Source: Octopus sinensis
Lineage: Eukaryota
Assembly (NCBI RefSeq): GCF_006345805.1
Contig: NC_043017.1
Location: forward strand, 2,542,001-2,606,000
DNA length: 64,000 nucleotides
Direction: 5' to 3'
Below the pieces are notes generated by a model. That model was not told the DNA's origin and searched no databases. It saw only the letters and a list, made by a program, of their open reading frames with translations. Positions 52,377-64,000 of the stretch are shown one piece after another. Each line of letters begins with the position of its first letter. The first letter of the stretch is position 1. The translations under genes and the position numbers were made by a program.

Positions 52377-53802
52377 TGTGTGACATGAAATAAACGTGGA
52401 AAAAATGGTTTGTCTTCCCTCCCAGTAACCTATATTTTTCCATTTACGTTTCAATTTTTAACGATACCATCACATACAAATGTTTGTATAAAATGAGATT
52501 TCCAAATTTGCTATAAGTATTAAGCAAAAATATGTACACACAGGCCATCCCGATGCATTAATAGTGTCTATGCAGAGCTATCTCAGCGTGGATGTGCACA
52601 CACACACATATATATATATTAATATATATATACATACATACATATATATATATATATATGCACATCCACTCTGAGATGTATATATATATATATATATATA
52701 TATAACCTGCCAGAGTATGTGTACATATACATTCTTATAAATGCACGTGTATTTATGTATGTCTTTGCGATGCATTTAAATTCGTAGAATACTTCGATGA
52801 GTGGAGAATATATATATATATATATACACACACATCTATAGACTCACACACACACAGACTCTCTCGCACTCACACAAAATGTAATATTATATATAATGTA
52901 GCCAATATTCCCATTTGCCTTGTAAATCAATTTAACTGTCAAATCGAATGCTTTTAGCTGGTACACTTTTGTACTTCCTCACATTATCTCGCCTCTCGTC
53001 GTCGGATTTCCTTGGCCTTCCTTCTTCCTCCTTCATTTGACTAAGTGAATGAAAGAATGAATGAAACGAGTGAGTGTGGGGTCGTAGTGGAATACTTCCA
53101 GTCTGCAAAAAAAAAAGTCTTTGCCAAGCTACATGGAACTCCGCAAACTCATGTGTGTGTGTATGTGTGTGTAATAGGTTTAGGGTTAAATGTTGTACAG
53201 GCAAACAAACCATCACAGATTCTGTTAAGATGAAGGAGGGGGGTAAATGGTTTTTTCTTCTTTTTTTCTCTCTAAATGTATCAATGAATGCTATCTCAGC
53301 TTTATCGTATCGCCGAAAACTGGTTTCTTTAATCCGATTGCTGCTATCTTCCTGTTAATAAATAATATACCTTTCAGTATTTTAGTGTTACTAAATGAAA
53401 ATAATGGTTTGTTTTGGTGGATATTTCTGTACAAGTTATTAACAGCGCCTAAGAAGAGGTAACCATCGTCGAAGCGATAATCGATCGGTTGGTTCTATTT
53501 AATTAATGATAACTGTTAGTCAAATAGATTATAAATGTTAGTGTATTAAATATTTAGATGTGCTGAAAACGGTATCGCTGGGTGGGAATACGCATTATAT
53601 CTCTTGATATACCCGTGTATATCTATGATGGGTGCATATAATTATCATCATTGTCAGTGTTTGTCATCGTGTATACACATGTGTGATTGTATACAACTGT
53701 ATTACGCATGTGTTTGCATAAATGTATACACACACACTCACAAATACGTGTACACATATTTCTAAATTCGTTTGTGTAACTTCCAACACAATTCTGCCTA
53801 CC

Positions 53803-53830
53803 CATCTATCTATCTGTCTGTCGGTCTATC

Positions 53831-53906
<76 letters not shown>

Positions 53907-53971
53907 CTGTCTATCTATCTATCTATCTCTGTCTATCTATCTATCTCTGTCTATCTATCTATCTATCTCTG

Positions 53972-54005
<34 letters not shown>

Positions 54006-54069
54006 ATCTATCTATCTATCATCTGTCTGTCTGTCTGTATATCTGCCTATCTATCTATCTATCTATCTT

Positions 54070-54113
<44 letters not shown>

Positions 54114-54212
54114 CCTGTCTGTCTGCCTGTCTATCTATGTCTATCTATCCATCTATCTATCTATCTATGTCTATCTATCCATCTATCTATCTATCTATAT
54201 CTATCTATCTAC

Positions 54213-54281
<69 letters not shown>
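53803..54281. repeat. (CTAT)n microsatellite
   Basis: Visible; similar tracts at about 57124-57320 and 61170-61400. Confidence 0.93.
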
Positions 54282-54954
54282 ACACGTACACACACACACA
54301 TGATCTCCAGCCGCTCTCACATCAAAACAACAGCTAGCTACTATTTCTTCATCTTAACCGTGCCTGCCTGTATCTGTGATTGTTCTCTGATAGTGTGTAT
54401 GTGTGTTCTATCTGGGATATTATATATTGATTGATATACACAGCAAATAACTTTATCGATACTGGTATTGCTTTCTATTTAAATGGTGTGTGTGTGTGTG
54501 TGTGAGTGTAGAGGAGATGTATTGCATTTGACGTGCGCTGTTGTTGCTGTGTACGTGCGTGCTTATGTATAAATGAACGTGTACAGATGAAAATAATACA
54601 ACTTGTATAGGTTACGAATGCAATTACATTACATCCAGTCGCTGTATATAAATGAAAACATCGCTATATATGAATTAATACCACACGCACGCACATGATT
54701 GCTGTATATACATACATACATACGTACGTACAGACTAACACTACGAAAGGGAAGCCTCAGTGCGATCGTTCCACCTGCTAGAATTAACAGGAAAATCTCC
54801 TCCAAATCGCACTCTGATTGTCTTATAAAAAGGAAGGACACCTTGCACTATGTAGTCGTACATTGTTTAATACCCAAGATGAGGTGGTCACAACTGGGAC
54901 GTCTTCGATCATGTCTATTCAGTTACATACAAAGACCACTATTTGTATGTGTGC

Positions 54955-55007
<53 letters not shown>

Positions 55008-56949
55008 AAAGCACGAGACTACATTGTGTCGGTGGCTGTATATAACTAATCTCCGTTCGTATATATTTAGTAGATTTGTATATTTGTCATCACATATATA
55101 TATAAATATATATACTTATACACACGCACTTAGGTGTGTGTATTGATAGGCATATATGAATAGATATCGATTTGTTCTCAATTAATATAATGGTTCTGGC
55201 CGTGTGTGTGTGTGTAAAGCAAAGAAGATGCAGATACAGAAAGCAATTAATTCTAGCCTTTTTCCGACAGGCCACTGCAATCAGTCTAATGTAAACGAGG
55301 TTATTTTATTTATTAATGCGTAGCTGAAAAGCACTTGTTCATTACTTTTATTGCTACTCTACACTCGTACACACACACACACCACACACACACAAACTGG
55401 TTTTGTACACTCACACATAGGCGCCGTTACACGCAAACACAACACCAACACACACGTGTGTGTGTGTTGGTGTTGTGTACGTTTGTTTGTGTGTGTGTCT
55501 GTGTGTCCCTGTACGTTTTTATTGTTTCTCGACATATACACATGTACACTTAAACACTATATACACGCTCTCATGCATGTGGTTGTCCATATGCGACTAC
55601 ATTAGTGCTCTATATACATCTATCTATCTATCTATCTTCACACACACACACTTATACACATGCTCGTGTATGTGTCCGTATAGCTACTACTACTACTACA
55701 CACACACACGTATAAAACACGTCTCAGTGTGTATGTGTGATACTAAGACTTGGCTGTCGAATATTTGCTGCGGAATTAAAAGCATTTTACTACAGCCAAA
55801 CACCACCAGAAAGAAACACATCTTGCTTCTTGTATCTAGTCGCACCTACATATACACACATGTTGTATTCCTATACATACCCGCTTACATACATAGGTGC
55901 AATGACATTAGTTTCCGTAAATACACACACACACGCACAAATATATATATATATATGTCTGTAATATATTTGTGTATATGTGTGTGTGTGATAGATTTGT
56001 TGTACGTGTATTCACAAACACTCATAAAGAACCTCTAATTCCTCCCCCCCCCCCGTACACAACCACATTTTGCCAATATACAGCTTTTCTCATCAATCTC
56101 GATGCTTTTAGTTGATGAAAATAAAGAGAAAGAAAGGACGTTGCCGAGAGTGAAGCTTAGCTTTCTTTATATTATTATGTTTGCCTTTCTCCTTCCATTC
56201 CTCCTCCTCCTTCTTCTCATTCCCTCTCCACTACCTTCTCTTTCTTGTACCACCTTATTCCTCCCCCTCTCTCCTTACGTCTCTCCCTGTTTCCATCTTT
56301 ACGATACCCTCCCCCTCCCCTACATAACCTTTCGATCTTGCCTTCCTTCATCTCTTACCCTCTTTTTTTCGCTTTCCTCTATTGCCTCCCACCATTAATC
56401 TCCCACCCTCCCTCCGTCCTTTTACGATATCCCTCCTTCCCCCCCGCCACTATTCATACTCTATCACTTCCACTTCTCCCTTTCACCTCTATTACACTCT
56501 TCTCTCACCGCCCCTCATATACAATTTCTTTTCTGCACCCACCTCGTATCTCCCTGCCTGTCCTCTCTTTTCTTAATTACATTGCATTCTCCCCTTCAAT
56601 CCACTCTCTTTCCGCCTTTTCTATCGATCGAACCCGCTTTCTTTTTCTCTTTTACTCTCCCCTCTACCTGTCTTCATTTATCTCTTTATCAAATAGGTTT
56701 TCTGCCTCCTCTCCCTCATATACATATATATACACACATATATATATAGTCGCGTGTGTGTGTTACTTATCGTTATTGCCTCTCTCTTTCTCTCCTCTTC
56801 TCTTCTCCATTCTTTTTACTCTCTCCTTTTCCATCAATTATTTTCTGTTTTAATATTTCTCTCACTGTGTGCACAAATGTAATTGCTTTTCTTTTAAATA
56901 TTCATATATACATACGTACGTGTATACATATAAATGCATGTATCTACAC

Positions 56950-57001
<52 letters not shown>

Positions 57002-57285
57002 TGTGTGGTGATATACATGCGTTTCTCTTGTCAAACCTTTGCAGTATTATTTATCTAATTATTTCCCTGTTTTATTAAAAGCGATCAACTCTCTCTATCT
57101 TTCTCAACTCCGTCTAACTCCAGTCTATCTATCTATCTGTCTGTCTATCTATGTCTATCTATCCATCTATCTATCTATCTGTCTATCTGTCTATCTATCA
57201 ATCTGTCTATCTATCAATCTATCTATCAATCTGTCTATCTGTCTATCTATCAATCTGTCTATCTGTCTATCTATCAATCTGTCTA

Positions 57286-57319
<34 letters not shown>

Positions 57320-58299
57320 CTCTTATTTACTCCACTCTCTTCTCACTCCCACCACTAATGTATTAATAATAATAATAATAATATTAAAGACCATCACCCC
57401 CCTTCTCCCGATTAGCCCCTGTATCTTTTTCTTCTTCACCCTTTTTTTACTAACTCGCCCCTTTTTCCTTGTCCCCCCCTCTCTCTCTCTCCGTTTATAT
57501 ATTACGGCCAACGCCTGCTTTTGTTTTTTATTTTTGTTTGTTTCTTTTTTCACCTCATCCCATCTTGCCCCGACATCTGGTGGGCCTGGAGTTTTGAAAC
57601 CAACCTCTCTGCCTCACTCGCTCTCTCTCTCTCACCTCCATACACACACACGCATCGCCACTACACGCGCGCGCACTCACAACTGCACTCACGCATATAG
57701 TCCCGCTCTCAATTACCCACACATACTCACTCGCTCGTCACTCACACTCTCTCTCACACACACACACATACACACAGGCATATACACATACATTCATTCG
57801 AATATGTACACACACACACACAGACTCACACACATTCTCGTCCATCTTTTTATATCTTATATTAATGAGTTTGTCGTCAGTTCACGTTCCTCTCTTTCTC
57901 CCTCCCTCCTTCATCTCCCTCACTCTCCTTTGCCTTTCTCCTCTCTCCTCTACCCCTCTCTCTCTCCCGCCATCACACTCAATCTGTCCGCTTGGATCGC
58001 TTTCTCATTATTTCCAACTTAACAACTCTAAAAAAGCCCCAGTTCTTGTTGTTGTCGTTGATGTCATTATTATAAAAAGGATTTTATAAATTATTTTCTC
58101 ACTCTCTTTTTCCTCTTCTCTCCTATTTGTTTGCCATCCTCCTCTTCCTCTCCACCGCCTCACTCAATCTGCAACTAATTCCATGTTTAATCCACATCTT
58201 GTCTGTTTTCTTTTCCCGTTTTCAAAGTCTTGGGGCGATCGAATTTGCTGTCGTCTTTATATAATCCTACAACACTCTTTTATTGTATGCGAGACAGCG

Positions 58300-59060
58300 A
58301 TAAGGCTTCTTCTTTACATGGTTGAGCAACTTGATAGAAACAACAGCCAACGCTCACTCCGAATTATCCCTCTGTCGTAAAAATACATTGTACAGTGTAG
58401 TCCCATATACGCTAAATCTGAATTATGCAACCCGAGGCAACCTCAACGTGGTCGTTCGATCCTCTAGAAATAGCAGCCAACACTCACTGAACTTAGGCCT
58501 TTCGGTACATTAGATAATATAAAGTTCTAGGTGCATTGTTTAAGAAAAGTAAACTGGATGATCATGGCTGGAACGCTTTTGATATTCCATCTGCTCCTGT
58601 AGTTAATTAAACGACTCTCGTGTTTCCAGTCCTCACAACACAGGTTTGTCGTTTGACAATGTTCCCTCTCCTTGGAGCTTCGGCTTGCTAGAAATAGAAA
58701 CCAAATCTACCCACAAATCACATCTTTACCGTCTTCAAGAACACGTTGAATAATCAGGTCCCGGGATCCTTGCACTGAAAGAAGACATGTCGGTCACAGC
58801 TGAAATGCCCCTAATCATCGATTTCTTCTGTTAGGGTTGACCTGTAGCTAAGCATCCCTTACTACTGCCATCATCATCATCATCACCAATGACAGTATAA
58901 CGACAAAGCACTCCACGAGGACAGCAAACATTACTTAGTTGCTTAATCTGCTAGAAATAGCAGCTAAATCTCACTTAAGAAAAAGGAAGAAACATTGAAT
59001 AATAATACAAGTAGTACGCTATACATAGGTCATGGCTGGAATGTCTGTGTGATCAAAGCG
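58300..59060 (+). mobile_element. Cluster of about four decayed family C copies, same orientation
   Basis: tagaaa(t/c)a motif near 58335, 58465, 58688 and 58951, with gtcatggctggaa-like motifs downstream of the last three. Confidence 0.6.
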
Positions 59061-59424
59061 GGTTTAGACCCTGAATAGTGATCCTCGTTAATGCCACCAT
59101 TCCTCCATACGCCAACACTCCCCTCCTCTTCATCACTGTCAGGAAAGTACACCATCATGAGGAGAGTATTCCGTCAACATCTCGTTAAGAGATGGGTGCC
59201 CTAACAACTCCTCTCTCCCCGTCTTTACCATCACAAGGAGGGTGTAGTATAATATCATGAACAGCATCCCCTCCCCCATCACGTCTCCGTCTCCTCGCAA
59301 TTATAGACAGGGCAGGTGCCCCGTCGACTCACCCCTCATCCTCTTCAGCATCCCTGTCATTATCGTCTCATTACTTAATATAGCAAACATTATGAAATCA
59401 TGAAATACTACTATCATCCCACCA

Positions 59425-60110
59425 AACATCGTCGGCAAAATATCTTTACGTTCTCAGTTCGAATCTGGCTGAGGTCACTTTTGTCTTTCTTCCTTTCAGG
59501 GCCGATGATGTAATTGATAATCCCCTTGCCCCATAAATTCCAGTCCTTGTGTCTATTATTAGTAAAAAGGATTGTCAATACAACCAACCCACCTATACCT
59601 AGCAGCATCGGTAAAATCTCTTATCTTTACATGTGTTCCGTATCTTTACATTCTCGTTTCAAATCCCGCTGAGGCTAGTTTTGCTTTATATTCCTTCTGG
59701 GCTCGATAAAATTACGTACTCACGGCTCTCCTCGAAATCGATGTCAATGTGCCTAAATTAGAAATTCTAATTATTATTATTAGTCTGTCTTTACGTTCTG
59801 AGTTCAAATTCCGTCGTCGTGGTCGACATTGCCTTTCATCCTTTCGGGGTCGATTAAATCAGTACCAGTTAATCACTGGGGTTGATGTAATCGACTTAAT
59901 CCCCACCCCCCGAAGCTGCCCTTGAGGCAAAAATTTGAAATAATAATAACTATAATTATTATTATTATTCCGTCTTTACATTTTGAGTTCTTCTAATTCC
60001 GCCGAGGTCGACTTTGCCTTATTAAGTACCAGTAAGACACTGGGGTCGATGTAACCGACTAGACCCCACCATCAAAATTTCAGGGCTTGCACCTTTAGTA
60101 GCAAGCAAGG
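59425..60110 (+). mobile_element. Tandem run of about four truncated SINE-A copies separated by (ATT)n tails
   Basis: tctttac(g/a)tt...ttc repeated near 59444, 59643, 59788 and 59973. Confidence 0.7.
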
Positions 60111-60576
60111 ATTGTTATTATTATCACACTCAAACATGACCACCTCTGTTAATATCACAGATCAACGAAGGGGGCCCTCAACTTGGGTCATTCAACTCGC
60201 TCAAAATAGCAACCAAATTTCGCTGAAATCACACGTGTGCCATCTTGGAATTGAGTATTTTGGATGATATGACCCTGGGTTTCCTCCTTGCAATCAATAA
60301 ACAAAGATAATATGGTTATGGCTAGAATTCCTTTGGTATATCCTAATAGTCTGCTCGCTCAGGATTTAACACCGTCAATTCCTATTAACTATTGCACTAT
60401 TACGACCACCACATCGGTGTTGTTAACAATAACAACAACACTCGGGTGGACACAAAGATAGCAACACCACACCATCGCCCATCTTGATATCATGATCGGT
60501 ACTGTAACCAATACTACAATATCAACCACAGGCACCACCACCACCATATTTCAATCACTCTATCATCACTATATAT

Positions 60577-60746
60577 ATTTCTTTACTGCCCACAAGGGGC
60601 TAAACACAGAGGGGACAAACAAGGTCAGACAACGGGGATTAAGTCGATTACATCGACCCCAGTGCGTAACTGGTACTTAATTTATCGACCCCGAAAGGAT
60701 GAAAGGCAAAGTCGACCTCGGCGGAATTTGAACTCGGAACGTAACG
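60577..60746 (-). mobile_element. SINE family A, 5'-truncated, low divergence
   Basis: atttctttactgcccacaagggg...cggaatttgaactc. Confidence 0.88.
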
Positions 60747-62248
60747 AACATTCCTGAATCCATCGCCTAAGCCGCCGCCGTCCACAGTTTTAGCCACGCC
60801 ACCATCACGAAATGTGTTTTGTAACATGATGGCAGTATTTTTGCTGTCACACACAAAAACACTCGATGCCCCTCTTTGCCATTTACTTCAGTCACCACCA
60901 ACACCAGAACTCTTGGCATTTATGTTCTGCTTGCTGTAACAATAACATCGCTGTGGTCACTTTAGCACCACCGCCGCCGCTGCCGCCGCACCAACTTTCG
61001 TTCCGTGGCTTTAGATTCCATGCTTTTGACAAACCATTTTAGTGTTCTCTTATTTACATTGATTGCTTGGAGGATTGTTTGAAGTGCTAAAACCTGTACA
61101 CTGTCTTCATAGCGCCTCTTCGTTGATGGTCACCTTGTTTATAATATCCAATCACCCATCTTTCTTTCTCTGTCTATCTATTTATCTATCCATCTATATC
61201 ATTTGTCTACCAATATCATCATTCTATCTATCAATCGATCTGTCTGTCTATCTATCAATCGATCTGTCTGTCTGTCTATCTATTTACCTACCTTATCTAT
61301 CTATCTATCTGTCTGTCTATCGATCTGTATGTCTATCTATCTATCTATCTATCTATCTCATACCTCTATATCACCTACCTATCCATCTATCTGTCTGTTT
61401 GTCTACATTCTCGCAAAAACAATTCTTTCACTTATTTCATTCGTTGACTCACGGCCGTTCTGGGGGGTCATCGCATTAAAGGGAAATCCCAGTACACTTC
61501 ATCAATTACTTTTTCGCCGAACCGCTAGCTTGTGAGAGACGAAAAGAAACCAACGTCGGTTGTCAATCGTTCAAGAAACAAAAAGGCGCACGTGTGTTTG
61601 CGTGTCCGCACATACACACACACACACACACGCAGTTTCCGCCTAATTCATTCCCAATGCCTTGGTCAATCCATGCTTATAGCAGAAGACATTTGTTCGT
61701 AGTGGGACCGAACTCAGAACCACGTGGCTACGAAACGAGTTTCAACACCACACAGACCATGTGCTGAGACATTCATAATGTGTGATTGAGAAATATCACT
61801 TCACAACCACTTTTGTTTCGGTTTCAATCGCAATGCACGCTACCTTGACCAATTTTCTACAGGTTTATTTTGGTTGTTTTGTTGTTTTTTTTTCTTTTAA
61901 TGATCGGAATTTGGTAAATGGAAACTGTCTCGGAGCACTCGAACATCAACTGCAGTACTTAAATCAGTTTGGTATATATTTTATTATCGATGATTGTCGA
62001 AACGGAACACGACTGAATTATTTTTAAACCTTTGTAAATACAAACATACTCCAACGTGTGTGTGTGTTTCTGATGTGTCCTAAGTACTTTGATGAGCCTA
62101 AAAAGATATCGATTAAATATGTAGGGTCAATATATATTATATTTTCTCATTCCAAAGCATTCACTCAAGCGTGCAATGTCCGCTTTATATATATATATAT
62201 ATATCACTGGTTCGTTGCATTTCTGTAACTTAAAAAAAAATAGCCCAT

Positions 62249-62315
62249 GAGCAAATGGCGTAGTGGTTAAGAGCACGGGCTACTAACCCCAAGATTTCAA
62301 GTTCAATTCCAAGTA
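62249..62315 (+). pseudogene. tRNA-like head (SINE fragment or tRNA pseudogene)
   Basis: A-box tggcgtagtggttaag and B-box gttcaattcc; loop ctactaa; no acceptor stem closes. Confidence 0.55.
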
Positions 62316-63689
62316 ATACACACTGATGATATCAGTCTATATTACTGTGTTTAGTCATTAGATATGGTACACCATTGCTTGTCTCAGTTTATTTTACTTT
62401 ATTTTATGCCGAAATTTGTAAATAATAGCACCATTGGTTACAGGTTTCTAATGAACCAATCACTGGTTCGTTGCATTTCTGTAACTTGGTGGTCTTCATT
62501 CTAAGAGCACTATATATATATATATATATATATATATCTCGGGAGCGATACCTATTTATCTTGTTTCAGTCACTGGACTATGGCCATACTGGGACACTTC
62601 TGTTTTTCCGTATAAGCTGGTTCCGCTTCTTTAACTGGCTTCAGTTGTCATCTCTCTCTCTCTACCTTTTTTCATTCACCTTACGTATTAATTACTTTTA
62701 TTCATTAACCAATACAAACAGTCTGTGTAATTAGTGTTGGTCTGTCTCCTTCGTAGATATATCGATATATAGAGCTCGTCCCTTAAACGTCAGCTCGAGG
62801 TGTTGGGGTTTGATTTTATAAAGGTCATCTCTGTCAGCCTCCGTCAGTATCGACAATTCGTGTCCAGTCGTTTAACTGCTTACTTGAAATCATGTGTTAA
62901 GCGTTTGAACATTCCACGGGCACGTGTTATTCCCAGAGAGAATCAACGCGACCCAGTGGTGTAGTTGTTGGATTTATTTTCTTTCAATCCGGTTTTTCCG
63001 TACGGTTTTTTGTATGTACCCAATTTCACACACTAGGCTTTTTGCCAAAATATGTTACGACACCTCAATCATTGCGAAACGCACTGCTTAAACGTTCTGT
63101 CATGTTTTATATAATCTCATCCACCCTTCGAAAAAAAACACAGCTAATGTTCATATGCAGGTTTTATCTTGTCATCACGTTCTGGGTTCAAATTCTGCCG
63201 AGGTCAACTCTGCCTGTCATCCTTTCGGTATCGATGTAATCAACTTACCTGGTCTTTGCCCAAATATGAAATCAATATTTATATGCTGATTATCATCAGA
63301 CCCCAAATTGATCATGAATAAAATGTTAAATATTGGTGTTTTTGACTGTTACGGATTTCTCCACCCTTTTTTCGGATTTACCTTGAAGCAAAGGTTTTGT
63401 GTATTCACATGTTGCATTAGCTTTGAATAATAAAGTTTATATTACCTGTTGTTAAAGAGTGTTAAATATGATTAAAAAACAAAGCGGATTATACATTAAT
63501 ATAGGTGAGAGAGGGATCCAGAAGTAAACATTTCTTTATCATCTCCCATTCAGAACTAATTATATCCGGAAATGGTGAGGAAGGACTGTTTGTTGTGCTT
63601 AGGGTTTTCTTAGGGCTAGGGTCATGCCCTAATTAACTGAGGCCACGCTCCTCACCTGGCGTTTGATAACATACATACATAGTATAGTG

Positions 63690-64000
63690 TCTTTTCACTT
63701 GTTTGTCATTTCACCGCGGCCGTGTTGGAGCACCGCCTTAAAAGGATTTTTTAGTCAAACAAATCAACCCCAGGGCTTATTCTTTGAAAGCCTAGTACTT
63801 ATCTATCGGACCTTTTTGCCGAACTGCTACGTTACAGGGCCGTATACACACCCACATCGTTTGTCAAGCAATAGTTTTTTTTTGGGGAGGGGGGAGAAAC
63901 ACAAACCCACATTTATATTTTTATATACCACGGGCTTCTCTCAGTTTCCACCTATCGTATCCAATCATAATACCTTAGTTGGCCCGAGGCTATACTAGAA
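63690..64000 (-). mobile_element. SINE family B, diverged, cut by the window end
   Basis: Reverse complement of the B tail (cttgtttgtcatttcaccgcggccgtgttggagcaccgcc) and body. Confidence 0.75.

Larger units (their letters stand above)
51706..64000 (+). other. LMO4 intron (more than 12 kb, open-ended)
   Basis: GT donor at 51706; no LFG...C..C second-LIM exon found in the rest of the window. Confidence 0.7.

Noticed and set aside
58950-58963. gctagaaatagc matches the SpCas9 sgRNA scaffold tetraloop
   Set aside because: 12-nt coincidence inside the abundant family C repeat; flanks do not match the scaffold.
61845-61900. Acceptor-like ttttctacag|gtttattttggttg as the next LMO4 exon
   Set aside because: The phase-2 reading gives R-F-I-L-V-V-L, not R-L-F-G...C-x2-C; no LIM2 pattern is evident.

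Overview
Eukaryotic, very microsatellite-rich animal DNA. The SINE families, (TA)n/(GATA)n/(TACA)n load and CR1-type LINEs look like an Octopus (coleoid cephalopod) genome; this is an inference from repeat style and was not verified. The only host coding sequence I can support is the first coding exon of an LMO4-type LIM-only gene (+, 51488-51705, complete LIM1 domain, phase-2 donor). It has a probable promoter and non-coding first exons at about 49.6-50.4 kb, and its intron runs off the right end. The ~49 kb upstream is gene-desert-like: simple repeats, at least six SINE-like families (labelled A-F here), a decayed nearly complete CR1-clade ORF2 (33.7-36.7 kb, -), other LINE 3' ends, an R4/Dong fragment inside (TAA)n, three TIR elements and one 100-N gap. 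Almost all long ORFs in the supplied track are microsatellite read-throughs. Most notable observations: a hammerhead-ribozyme-like fold at 3416-3536 (-); a SINE-A multimer with an exactly repeated junction that joins the SINE 3' end to the loop of its anticodon-like hairpin (possible circular-RNA or template-jump route); a SINE-B/CR1 shared 3' tail with a covarying stem; an 80-bp near-perfect inverted repeat; a triple-nested LINE>MITE>SINE with telomere-like repeats; and uORFs plus possible alternative first exons for LMO4.
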